Part shown: positions 17,234 to 25,577 of the stretch, piece by piece
Numbering within the stretch: the first letter of the stretch is position 1
Layout of the letters: each line of letters starts with the position of its first letter
From: Candidatus Dormiibacterota bacterium
GTDB taxonomy: Bacteria; Chloroflexota; Dormibacteria; CF-121
DNA length: 64,000 nt
Assembly: GCA_036390825.1 (NCBI GenBank)
Contig: DASWBA010000116.1
Location: forward strand, 37,442-101,441
Reading direction: 5' to 3'
Position numbers and translations under genes: made by a program
The notes under the pieces: generated by a model
Told to the model about the DNA's origin: nothing
Seen by the model: the letters and a program-made list of their open reading frames with translations, nothing else
Databases searched by the model: none

Positions 17234-20200
17234 TTCCGCGAGGTCGGGAAGACATCTTCTTCGGGAAGTGATGGAGCGGCTTCGACGTGGTCGATGAGCA
17301 CGCTCAGCACGCCGTCCTGTTTCTGCAGCCGCCCGTCCATGATCAGGATCGGCTCGAGATTGGCCACCTGCCGGTAGCGCTGATAGATCGGCGGTCGCAG
17401 GATGACGTCGACATGGCCGAACTCATCGGCCAGCGTGAAGAATTTGAATTCCTTGCCGGTCGAGGGCGACTGGCGCGTGATGACCAGGCCGCCGACGCGC
17501 ACCTTGGCGCCATCGCGGACACTCTCGCGGATCGTCTTCGAGTCGATGACGCGGAGCTGATTGAACTGCGGCCGGTAGAAATGAATCAGGTGATCCGTCG
17601 TCGAGAGCGAGAGCAGCCGGTAGTCGGTCGCCACCCGCTCGCGGTGCGTCATCGGCGCGAGGCTTACGGATTCCGATGGCTCGGCGAGCATGGGTGAACG
17701 CTGCCACTCGTCGGCGCGCTCGTTGAATCGCCAGACGGCTTCGCGGCGATTCGGCTCGAGTCGATCGAAGGCGCCGGCTAGGACCAGGTTCTGAACCTGT
17801 GCCCTGGTGAGCCCGTTGCGGGACTGCGTGGTGAGGCGGATACGGCGGCAGAATCCTTCTAGTGAGGTGATCGGCCCCTTCAGCTGCGCTTCCTCGAGGA
17901 CCTCGAGCGCCTTGTCACCCACGCCGTGCACGTAGTTGAAGCCCAGCCGCAGCGCACCGCTCTCCACCGTGCAGCGCACATAGCTCTTGTTGATGTCGAC
18001 CGGCAGGATCTTGACGCCGTGGTGCTTGGCGTCCTCGACGAGCACGTGCGGGTGGTAGAAGCCCATCGGCTGGTTGTTGAGCAACCCGGCATAGAGCGCA
18101 GGCGCGTGATGCAGCTTGAGCCAGGCCGTTTCGTAGCAGGTGCGGGCGAAGGCGGCCGCATGGGACTTGGTGAAGCCGAACTCGGCGAACGCCGCCAGCT
18201 TGGTGAAGATCTCCTCGGCGGCCGCTTGCGGGATCTCGTTCGCGGTGCAGCCACTAAGAAATCGGTCGCGGATCGCCGCCATCAGGTCGTGTGAGCGATG
18301 GTTGCCCATCGCCCGCCGGAAACGGTCGGCCTCGGAACTGCTGAACCCGGCGCAGTCCATCGAGATCTTCAGGATCTGCTCCTGGTAGAGCACGACCCCG
18401 AGCGTTTCCTCGAGGATCGGCTTGAGGCGCGGGTGGATGTACATCACCGGCTCCCTGCCCTGCTTGCGCCGCAAGTAGGGATGCACCGCGTCGCCCTGGA
18501 TCGGTCCGGGGCGGATGATGGCGACCTCGACGACGAGATCGTTGAAGGTCTCCGGGCGCGAGCGCGGCAGCGTCTGCATCTGCGCCCGGCTCTCGATCTG
18601 GAAGACGCCGATGGTGTCCGCCTCGGTGCACAGGTCGTAGACCTCCTGGTCCTTGAGGTCGAGCGCGTCGAGGTCGGGGCGCTCGCCGGTGTCGGCCTCG
18701 ATCAGGTCGAGCGCCTCGGCCACGACCGAGAGCATCCGCAGGCCGAGCATGTCCATCTTGATCAGGCCCAGCTCCTCGACGTCGTCCTTGTTGAACTGGA
18801 CCACCATCCGGCCCGGCATGGTGGCGCGCTCGACCGGCACGATGTCGATCAAGGGCTCGCCGGTGACCAGCATCCCGCCGACATGGATCGAGAGGTGACG
18901 GGGGAAATCGAGGATCTGGGTGGCGAGGTCGAACAATTGCTGCCAGGGCGTGGCAACGTTCGCCGTCGGGTAGCCCGCCGCCTGGGCAATCGTCTCGGGG
19001 CTTTCGGGGTGCCAGGCGGAGGCCGACTTCGCGAGGTGATCGATCGTCTCCTCCTTGAAGCCGAGCACCTTCCCCACCTCCCGGATCGCCGAGCGCTGCC
19101 GATAGGTGACGACGTTGCAAACCATGCCGGTGCGCTCCGGTCCATATTTGTCGTAGATGTACTGGATCACCTGCTCGCGGTGCGCGGTCGAGAAGTCGAT
19201 GTCGATGTCCGGCGTGGTCGTCATCTCTTCGTGCAGGAAGCGCTCGAAGAGCAGGTTGTGTTCGATCGGATCGACCCGGGTGATGCCCAGCAGGTAGGCG
19301 ACGATGCTGTCCGCCGCCGAGCCACGCCCCTGGCCCGGAATGCCGCGCGCCTTCGCGAAACGCATCAGGTCCCAGTTGATGAGGAAAAACTCGGAAAAGC
19401 CGGTCTTGTTGATGACGTCGAGCTCCTTCTGCAGCCGGGCCGCGACCTCGGAGGTGACCGGGCGATATTTCTCGCGCACCGCGTCGTGGCACAGCTTGTA
19501 GAGGAAGGAGTAGGGCGTCTCCCCCACCGGGACTGGAAAGCCGGGAAAGCGCGCGCTCACCAGGTCGAAGCTGAAGCGGCAACGCTGCCCGATCTCCGCG
19601 GCGTGCGCCATGCCTTCATCAACAACCTTCCGCGGATACCGGCTGAAGACCTGGCGAAGCTCGGCGCCTGACTTGAGGTAGTGCTCGGCGTTCGGGTGCA
19701 GGTAGCGTTGCGCCTCATCGAGCGTGGTGCGATGGCGAATCGCGGTCAGCACGTCGTGGAGCTTGTGCCGATCCGGTGTCGCATAAAACACCTCATTGGT
19801 GATGACCAGGGGCGCGTCGTGCCGCGCGGCCAGGTCGAGCAGCGCCTGGTTGCGCGAGCGGTCGTCAGGAGCTAAGTGGTCGTGCAGTTCGATGAAGACC
19901 CGGTCGTGGCCGAAGACCTCCTGGTAAAACGGCAGCTGCTCTTTCGGATCGGCGACCAGCGCGATCAGACGGTCGCTCAACCCCGCCAACTTGTCTGCAG
20001 CTAACCGTGCCATGCCTTTGGCGTTGGGCATCTGCGCCATGCTGATCAGGCGGCAGAGGTTCATGTATCCGACCTTGTCTTCGGCGAGCAGCAGCAGTCG
20101 GTCACCCCAGCGGTCGTAATCCACTCGGTCCTTGGGCGGCTTGCTGCCGTCGTCGATCGTCAGCTCGGTGCCCACGACCGGCTGGATGCCGGCGCGCTGC

Positions 20201-20367
20201 GCGGCGCCGAAGAACTTGACCGCGCCGTAGAAGCCGTTACGGTCGGTGATAGCGAGCGCCGGCATCTCCAGGTCGCGCGCACGCGCCACCAGCTCGTCGG
20301 GATGAGAGGCACCCTCGAGGAAAGAGTAGTTGGAGTGACAGTGGAGCTCGACGTATCCGCTAGTCAT
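17224..20367 (-). CDS. dnaE2: error-prone DNA polymerase III alpha subunit DnaE2
   Basis: MTSGYVELHCHSNYSFLEGASHPDELV (PHP domain), then palm/fingers and an OB fold. About 1047 aa. The operon context with imuB supports the call. ATG 20367 was chosen because the track start at 20568 is over-extended. Confidence 0.9.
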   Translation of the reverse strand: MTSGYVELHCHSNYSFLEGASHPDELVARARDLEMPALAITDRNGFYGAVKFFGAAQRAGIQPVVGTELTIDDGSKPPKDRVDYDRWGDRLLLLAEDKVGYMNLCRLISMAQMPNAKGMARLAADKLAGLSDRLIALVADPKEQLPFYQEVFGHDRVFIELHDHLAPDDRSRNQALLDLAARHDAPLVITNEVFYATPDRHKLHDVLTAIRHRTTLDEAQRYLHPNAEHYLKSGAELRQVFSRYPRKVVDEGMAHAAEIGQRCRFSFDLVSARFPGFPVPVGETPYSFLYKLCHDAVREKYRPVTSEVAARLQKELDVINKTGFSEFFLINWDLMRFAKARGIPGQGRGSAADSIVAYLLGITRVDPIEHNLLFERFLHEEMTTTPDIDIDFSTAHREQVIQYIYDKYGPERTGMVCNVVTYRQRSAIREVGKVLGFKEETIDHLAKSASAWHPESPETIAQAAGYPTANVATPWQQLFDLATQILDFPRHLSIHVGGMLVTGEPLIDIVPVERATMPGRMVVQFNKDDVEELGLIKMDMLGLRMLSVVAEALDLIEADTGERPDLDALDLKDQEVYDLCTEADTIGVFQIESRAQMQTLPRSRPETFNDLVVEVAIIRPGPIQGDAVHPYLRRKQGREPVMYIHPRLKPILEETLGVVLYQEQILKISMDCAGFSSSEADRFRRAMGNHRSHDLMAAIRDRFLSGCTANEIPQAAAEEIFTKLAAFAEFGFTKSHAAAFARTCYETAWLKLHHAPALYAGLLNNQPMGFYHPHVLVEDAKHHGVKILPVDINKSYVRCTVESGALRLGFNYVHGVGDKALEVLEEAQLKGPITSLEGFCRRIRLTTQSRNGLTRAQVQNLVLAGAFDRLEPNRREAVWRFNERADEWQRSPMLAEPSESVSLAPMTHRERVATDYRLLSLSTTDHLIHFYRPQFNQLRVIDSKTIRESVRDGAKVRVGGLVITRQSPSTGKEFKFFTLADEFGHVDVILRPPIYQRYRQVANLEPILIMDGRLQKQDGVLSVLIDHVEAAPSLPEEDVFPTSRNYR

Positions 20368-20614
20368 AGATACGCTCGACGAACCATTCCGCGCTGGCGC
20401 GGTTGCAGTAGCACTCCAACGCCAGGTCGTCGTCGACCAGCAGCCGCCAATACTCACGCGAAACCGGGCTGCGCCACCAGTCGCAGTCGATGCGCCAGCG
20501 ATTGAGCACGCGCGACACCGGTTGCCACCCGGCCGCCGACTCGAGATGGGTCGGGACGCCATTCGCATCGACCCGCACTCGGACAGGTCGTGCCGGCGCC
20601 AGCAACTCGGTCAT
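20360..20614 (-). CDS. 84-aa protein resembling the conserved ImuB C-terminal module, encoded as a separate ORF
   Basis: MTELLAPARPVRVRVDANGVPTHLES...RWRIDCDWWRSPVSREYWRLLVDDD...WFVERIYD. ATGA overlap with the imuB stop and an 8-nt overlap (ATGACTAG) with the dnaE2 start. Confidence 0.6.
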   Translation of the reverse strand: MTELLAPARPVRVRVDANGVPTHLESAAGWQPVSRVLNRWRIDCDWWRSPVSREYWRLLVDDDLALECYCNRASAEWFVERIYD

Positions 20615-21801
20615 GCCGGTTTCCAGAGGATCCGGTGATCCGGTAATGGCGCGGCATCGCTGCGTACCTCGACACGTTGGACCAGCGACGCCCCGTACTC
20701 CTCCTGCAGCCTCGCCACTGCGTCGGCAATCGATTCTTTGAATGAGTCGTTGCGGACCAGCAGTCCAGGCTGGCGGACATAGGCTGGCTCGAGCCGGCCG
20801 GCTCGGAGCGTGATCCGCTCCAGCGGCGCCGTGATCGATGCGCGCAGCAAGCGCGGACGAATCCCGTCGAAGATCTCGCCAGCGGTCGTCACCGGGTAGG
20901 CAAAGCGCGCTTCGACCTTGAGCGCGGGGGCCGACTCCTGGTTGAGGGTGATGCGAATCCCGCGCGTGCCTAGGCCTTGCGATAACAGCGAACCGCTCAC
21001 CTGCTCGGCCAGTGCGCGGGCGATGAATTGCAGCGCCTCCGTGTTGTCGACGGGTGGCTCGAGCGGCTCGCTCGCCTCGATTCGAACCGCCGGCCGCCAT
21101 GCGCGCAACCGGCGTCGGTCCGTACCCAGCGCCAGGTCATAGATGTCGAGCGCTTTCAGACCGAACTGGCGGCGAAAGGCGGGGCGCGAAATGGCTTGCA
21201 GTCGACCAATCGTCTTGAGCCCGAGCAGCTCGAGGTACTCGCGTACGTCGTCCTCGAGCGGCAGGACATCGATCGGCAACCGCGCCAAAAAGGCGCGCGT
21301 CTGTTCCGGCTCGACGGTGACGGGCGCGCCGGCCGTGGCGCGGTCGGCGGCGACCTTGCTGACGAACATCGACGACGCCACGCCGATCGCCGGTCTTACG
21401 TGGATCGCGGCGTCGATGGCACGGCTGATAGCCACCAGCAATTGCGAGCGATCGGGCCAGCGCAGCGCCAGCCGGTCGAGACGGAGGAAGGCACAGCCAG
21501 GATCCTCACCGGCAGCCACGTCGGGGGTGAAGTGGTGCAGGGTCAGGAGCAGAGACTGGCGGACCCGGGCGGTGGCCTCCTCGTCGACCGGTTGAAAGGT
21601 CGCGTCGGGTGCAAACTGTTGCGCCTGGTTGAGACTCATCCCGCCGACCACGCCCAGCATTCGCGCTTCGATCGACGCTGTCGTCACCGAACTGCGCTCG
21701 TGTGCGAGTCCGCCGATGATCAGCGGACGGCCGCGCAACGCCGGCGTCTGGAGCCAGGCGGCGACCAGCGATGGATGAGGGGTGCGAATGCAGCAGATCA
21801 T
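20611..21801 (-). CDS. imuB: ImuB (Y-family DNA polymerase-like, mutasome subunit)
   Basis: MICCIRTPHP.. with a Y-family fold pattern and position between the imuA-like gene and dnaE2. ATG 21801 gives an ATGA overlap with the upstream gene. Confidence 0.85.
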   Translation of the reverse strand: MICCIRTPHPSLVAAWLQTPALRGRPLIIGGLAHERSSVTTASIEARMLGVVGGMSLNQAQQFAPDATFQPVDEEATARVRQSLLLTLHHFTPDVAAGEDPGCAFLRLDRLALRWPDRSQLLVAISRAIDAAIHVRPAIGVASSMFVSKVAADRATAGAPVTVEPEQTRAFLARLPIDVLPLEDDVREYLELLGLKTIGRLQAISRPAFRRQFGLKALDIYDLALGTDRRRLRAWRPAVRIEASEPLEPPVDNTEALQFIARALAEQVSGSLLSQGLGTRGIRITLNQESAPALKVEARFAYPVTTAGEIFDGIRPRLLRASITAPLERITLRAGRLEPAYVRQPGLLVRNDSFKESIADAVARLQEEYGASLVQRVEVRSDAAPLPDHRILWKPA

Positions 21802-22475
21802 GGGATGGGATAGGGAACGATCCACTGCTTCTTGAGACCCGGAGGCGCCAGCCGGTTCTTGACGACGGCGGCATCGACCCGCAGACCTTCGAGGTCACCA
21901 TCGCGACGGAAGATCCAGGCGCTGCGCTGGAAGCTCAGGATCAGGCTGGCGTAGTAGCGGATCGCATCATCGGCATCGGCGTCGTGCACCAGAAGCAGCG
22001 TGCACTCGGCTTCGGCGGCACGGTGCAGCAGATGCGGCAGCTCGGCATCGAGTCCCGAAGATCTTGAGCGCGACAGGTCGATGCAGATCAGGTCGACCCC
22101 GGCGCGCGCCAGCACGCGGACGCTCGCCATCCCTTCCCGTAGCGATTTCGGTCGGACCACCAGCAGCTGATCCAATCGCGCATCGAAATGGTTGAGAAAC
22201 TCGGGATCGAGCCGGCTCGGAAAGTCGACATAGGCGACCGGACCCTCGCGGCTGGCGGCGGCGACGCTGCGCTGAGCCAGGGTACGTTTGCCCGAACCCC
22301 TGGGCCCGGCCAGCAAACTCAACCGGCCGACCGGCCACCCACCGATGCCCGTCAGCGCATCGAGTTCCGGGACCCCGGACGGCCTGACCGGACAGGGCGG
22401 GGCCGCCGGGCGGGGTGCGGCGCTCCCGAAGCGGGTCTGGAGCACCGTAATGGCTTGTTGGAGACGATCTGACAT
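21798..22475 (-). CDS. imuA: ImuA'/RecA-fold SOS cell-division-inhibitor-like protein
   Basis: 225 aa: GVPELDALTGIGGWPVGRLSLLAGPRGSGKRTLA (a RecA/SulA-like P-loop region). First gene of a LexA-box-preceded operon with imuB-dnaE2. Confidence 0.7.
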   Translation of the reverse strand: MSDRLQQAITVLQTRFGSAAPRPAAPPCPVRPSGVPELDALTGIGGWPVGRLSLLAGPRGSGKRTLAQRSVAAASREGPVAYVDFPSRLDPEFLNHFDARLDQLLVVRPKSLREGMASVRVLARAGVDLICIDLSRSRSSGLDAELPHLLHRAAEAECTLLLVHDADADDAIRYYASLILSFQRSAWIFRRDGDLEGLRVDAAVVKNRLAPPGLKKQWIVPYPIP

Positions 22476-22563
22476 CTGAGCAGCCCCATAGGAGAGATGA
22501 CGACAACCGCCGCGACATCAGGCCTCCCCGGGGACGCAGGAGCAGATCGCTGAGGCTGGTCAG

Positions 22564-22592
22564 ATCTTATCGAACAAATGTTCGTTCGTCAA
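22564..22592 (-). promoter_or_regulatory. SOS promoter: TTGACG-17-TAAGAT with LexA (Cheo) box in the spacer
   Basis: The minus strand reads ttgacg aacgaacatttgttcga taagat. The box CGAACATTTGTTCG lies at plus-strand 22571-22584, about 95 nt upstream of the imuA' ATG. Confidence 0.7.
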
Positions 22593-22606
22593 GAGGAGGT
22601 GCTGGC

Positions 22607-22894
22607 CTAGCGCGCTTCCTGGAGTCCGACGCTGAACATCGCCTCGAGGTCGTGCTTCGAGTACACCTTGAAGGCGACATGGGTGTGGGTCTTGACGATC
22701 CCGGGGACCTGCGAGAGCTTTGAGGTGACGATGTCGGCGATCTCTTCGTGGTCCTTGACGCGGAGGATCGCCACGAAGTCGAACTCGCCGGTGACCGAGT
22801 AAGCCTCAGCGACGCCAGGCACGTCAGCCAGGGCCGGGCCCAGTTTGGCAATGGCGGAACGCTCCGCCTCGATCAGCACGATCGCGGTGACCAC
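22607..22894 (-). CDS. Lrp/AsnC ligand-binding (RAM) domain protein, stand-alone
   Basis: 95 aa: AIVLIEAERSAIAKLGPALADVPGVAEAYSVTGEFDFVAILRVKDHEEIADIV..KLSQVPGIVKTHTHVAFKV, a typical AsnC_trans_reg domain without an HTH. Confidence 0.75.
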   Translation of the reverse strand: MVTAIVLIEAERSAIAKLGPALADVPGVAEAYSVTGEFDFVAILRVKDHEEIADIVTSKLSQVPGIVKTHTHVAFKVYSKHDLEAMFSVGLQEAR

Positions 22895-22933
22895 GTGTGG
22901 ATTCTCTCACCTCATAAGCCGAGGTCAAAGCCC

Positions 22934-22962
22934 TTGACACTACGAACATATGTTCGTAAAAT
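22934..22962 (+). promoter_or_regulatory. SOS promoter: TTGACA-17-TAAAAT with palindromic LexA box in the spacer
   Basis: ttgaca c tacgaacatatgttcg taaaat. ACGAACATATGTTCGT (22942-22957) is a perfect 16-bp palindrome containing CGAAC-N4-GTTCG. Confidence 0.7.
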
Positions 22963-22968
22963 GTATTC

Positions 22969-23169
22969 GTGAAGATGGGGGTAGGGGGAGTCTCGAAGAA
23001 GACCAGCGTCCGTCTGGAGGATCTGGTCGCAGCCATCGACGAGCACATCCGTCTCACCGACCAGCGCATTGAGGACGAGCTTGCCCGGGCCAGCCGGCTC
23101 CGCCGAGCGCGGCGCCAGCTGGAGCTGCGACTGTGGCGGACGTCCCCGCTCTTTTCCAAGACTTCATGA
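22969..23169 (+). CDS. small coiled-coil ORF, possibly leaderless
   Basis: GTG 22969 lies 7 nt after the -10 hexamer. 66 aa, helical (LEDLVAAIDEHIRLTDQRIEDELARASRLRRARRQLELR). Overlaps the start of the HNH gene by 37 nt. Coding status is uncertain. Confidence 0.3.
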   Translation: MKMGVGGVSKKTSVRLEDLVAAIDEHIRLTDQRIEDELARASRLRRARRQLELRLWRTSPLFSKTS

Positions 23170-24422
23170 GTGCCGTCGCCGCCGCGGAACCGCGCGACCT
23201 GGCTCCGCTGCCTGTCTCCCTCCTCGTCGACGAATTCCGGGAGGCGGTTGTCGGGGACCTGCCCGAAGACGACCTCACGGGGCGGCTCGCGCGGCGCCAG
23301 TACGTGATCGATCGCCTTAAGCTCGATTTCTCTAGAGACGCCGCCCGCCTGGCCGCCCAGTTTGATACGGAGAACGCCGGAGACCTCTTAAACGCGCCCA
23401 CCGCGGGCGAATGGATCCGACACAACTGCAAGACGACGAGCAGCGTCGCCTACGACTCCATCAACGTTGGCAAGCAACTGCACCGGCTCTCAAAATGCGC
23501 CGATGCGGTCGCCGCCGGCACGATCGGCTTCGCGCACCTGTCTGTCATCGCGCGCACAGCTAAGGCCCTTGACGGGCTGAGGACTGAGCCAGCCTTTTCC
23601 GAAGACGAACTACTTGAGCGCGCCAAAGAGTCATCCGCGGGCCGCCTCTGGCACTACTGCATGCGGCTGCGCCATGCCCTTGATCCGGAGGGCGTGGCGC
23701 AGGAGCAGCGCATCGCCGTCGAGGAGCGCCGGCTCCAGTTCAGCGTCTGGGACGATGGGTCGGTTCTTATCAGCGGCCGGCTCGACCCGGTCGGCGGGGC
23801 GGCGCTGCGGACGGCCCTCGAGCCACTTGCACAGCCCATGGGCGAGGGCGACGATCGCTGCCTCGAGCATCGCCAGGGCGATGCGATCGTCGAGCTGTCG
23901 CTTCATTCCCTCGATGCCGGGCTGGTGCCGCAGCACGCGAGCCAGCGCCCACACCTCCAGGTCACCACGACGCTCGAAACGCTGCAGGGATTGCCTGGAT
24001 CGCCCGCGGCTGATCTGGAGTTCTCGACGCCGATCTCGTCGATCACGGTGCAGCGACTCGCGTGTGATGGGAACATCGCTCGGGTCGTGTTCGGTCCTGA
24101 CTCTGTCGTGGTCGATGTTGGCCGGGCGGCGCGAGTTGTGTCGGGCGCAACCCGCCGCGCGTTGAACGCTCGCGACCAGCACTGCCGCTGGCCCGGCTGC
24201 GAGCGGACGGCCTCTTGGAGTGCGGCTCATCACGTGGTTCACTGGACGCAGGGCGGCAAGACCGATCTATCGAACCTGCTTCTGCTCTGTCATCGGCATC
24301 ATTGGATGGTGCACGAAGGTGGATGGAAACTGGCGCGGTCAGATGACGGCCGGGTGCTGGCAATTCCACCGACATACGATTACTGGCGCACAGCCCAACG
24401 GCAACGATCTTCCCGAGAATGA
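23133..24422 (+). CDS. DUF222-domain HNH endonuclease (13E12-repeat-family type)
   Basis: 429 aa. The N-terminal DUF222-like region is followed by the HNH motif ARDQHCRWPGCERTASWSAAHHVVHWTQGGKTDLSNLLLLCHRHHWMVHEGGW. Confidence 0.85.
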   Translation: MADVPALFQDFMSAVAAAEPRDLAPLPVSLLVDEFREAVVGDLPEDDLTGRLARRQYVIDRLKLDFSRDAARLAAQFDTENAGDLLNAPTAGEWIRHNCKTTSSVAYDSINVGKQLHRLSKCADAVAAGTIGFAHLSVIARTAKALDGLRTEPAFSEDELLERAKESSAGRLWHYCMRLRHALDPEGVAQEQRIAVEERRLQFSVWDDGSVLISGRLDPVGGAALRTALEPLAQPMGEGDDRCLEHRQGDAIVELSLHSLDAGLVPQHASQRPHLQVTTTLETLQGLPGSPAADLEFSTPISSITVQRLACDGNIARVVFGPDSVVVDVGRAARVVSGATRRALNARDQHCRWPGCERTASWSAAHHVVHWTQGGKTDLSNLLLLCHRHHWMVHEGGWKLARSDDGRVLAIPPTYDYWRTAQRQRSSRE

Positions 24423-24428
24423 TCGTGA

Positions 24429-25151
24429 GTGGCAGGCTATATCCGCATCGGCTGTTCGGGCTGGTCGTACCCGCACTGGAAAAGGCTGTTCTATCCGGAG
24501 AAGCTACCGGCGCGAGACCACTTTGCCTTCTACGCGCAGCATTTCAACACAGTCGAGCTCAATAACTCCTTCTATCGTCAGCCGACACAGGAGCGGTTCA
24601 TCGCCTGGGGTGCGCAGGCGCCGCCCGGCTTCCTATTTGCCGTCAAGGGCAGCCGCTACATCACGCATATCAAGCGGCTGGTGGTCGAGTCGACGTCAAT
24701 CGACCTTGTCGTCGACGCGGCTCGCGGCCTCAGCGACAGGCTTGGCCCGATCCTCTTTCAGCTCCAGGCAAACTTCCATCTGGACTTACAGCGCCTCGAG
24801 CATTTCGTCGACATGCTGCCGGCGGACCTCCGATTCACACTCGAGTTCCGGCATGACTCCTGGCTCGTGCCGGCCGTGTTCGACGTGCTGCGGGCGCATC
24901 GCATCGCCCTCTGTATTCCCGACCACCCGAGGATGCCGAAGTCGTTCGAGATCACGAGCGACTTCACATATTTAAGGATGCATCTGCCCGCAAACGGCCT
25001 CGGCTACGGCGAGCGAGCTCTCCGGCCGTGGGCAGAGCGTGTACTCGAATGGCGCAGCCAGAAGCTCGATGTCTTCGTGTATTTCAATAACGACATGGAG
25101 GGACACGCCATCAAAGACGCGCAGACGCTACTCTCTTACGTCGCTGGCTAG
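24429..25151 (+). CDS. DUF72 (YecE-like) domain protein
   Basis: IRIGCSGWSYPHWKRLFYPEKLPARDHFAFYAQHFNTVELNNSFYRQP is the characteristic DUF72 N-terminus. GTG start. Confidence 0.85.
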   Translation: MAGYIRIGCSGWSYPHWKRLFYPEKLPARDHFAFYAQHFNTVELNNSFYRQPTQERFIAWGAQAPPGFLFAVKGSRYITHIKRLVVESTSIDLVVDAARGLSDRLGPILFQLQANFHLDLQRLEHFVDMLPADLRFTLEFRHDSWLVPAVFDVLRAHRIALCIPDHPRMPKSFEITSDFTYLRMHLPANGLGYGERALRPWAERVLEWRSQKLDVFVYFNNDMEGHAIKDAQTLLSYVAG

Positions 25152-25185
25152 AGTCGCCAAAGCAGGTTCGTCGCCGATCGCCGTT

Positions 25186-25446
25186 ATGTTCTCCGTGGCA
25201 GAACGGCCGGCCTGGCTGAAGGCGCGAGCTGGAAAGCTAGCGATCACCATCGGGCTGCTGATGTGCGTCCCCGGAATCGTTGGTGTTGTGCTGGGATTCA
25301 TCATCCGCGAACACGAAGGAATCAACGAACCCCTGTGGAGTCCATACCGGGCCGTCAATTTGCCGATCTGGATGGGTCTCCTATTCCTCGGCGGAGGGAT
25401 CGGCTATATCGCCTGGGGCGCGGTGCGCTTGAGAAATCTGCGCTGA
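25186..25446 (+). CDS. small membrane protein (2 TM)
   Basis: MFSVAERPAWLKARAGKLAITIGLLMCVPGIVGVVLGFII...LPIWMGLLFLGGGIGYIAWGAV. The track start at 25039 overlaps the DUF72 gene. Confidence 0.4.
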   Translation: MFSVAERPAWLKARAGKLAITIGLLMCVPGIVGVVLGFIIREHEGINEPLWSPYRAVNLPIWMGLLFLGGGIGYIAWGAVRLRNLR

Positions 25447-25454
25447 TGTCAAAT

Positions 25455-25546
25455 TGGCGGGAAGGCCGGGATTCGAACCCGGGGAGCGGAAACACCCGCT
25501 CAAGCGCTTAGCAGGCGCTCGCATTCGACCACTCTGCCACCTCCCC
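25455..25546 (-). tRNA. tRNA-Ser (anticodon GCT), CCA encoded
   Basis: GGGGAGGTGGCAGAGTGGTCGAATGCGAGCGCCTGCTAAGCGCTTGAGCGGGTGTTTCCGCTCCCCGGGTTCGAATCCCGGCCTTCCCGCCA. It has a 7-bp acceptor stem (one G-U), an anticodon stem AGCGC/GCGCT with loop CTGCTAA, a long variable arm, and a T arm CCGGG-TTCGAAT-CCCGG. Confidence 0.85.
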
Positions 25547-25577
25547 GCGGAGGCGGTAGCCAGTTTACCCTGTTTCC

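Noticed and set aside
18254-19671. Two long ORFs (442 aa minus, alternative frame; 457 aa plus) inside dnaE2
   Set aside because: They overlap the well-supported DnaE2 frame. Their translations are Arg/Pro/Gly-rich without motifs, so they are GC-driven artefacts.
20368-20568. N-terminal extensions of track ORFs (dnaE2 to 20568, and likewise mgtC to 4517, serS to 49368, greA to 52539, coaX to 55191, cphB from 27793, livM from 58568, livF from 60329)
   Set aside because: The extensions are Arg/Ser/Pro-rich, overlap upstream genes and precede the conserved protein N-termini. Internal starts give 4-14-nt gene couplings or sensible SD spacing.
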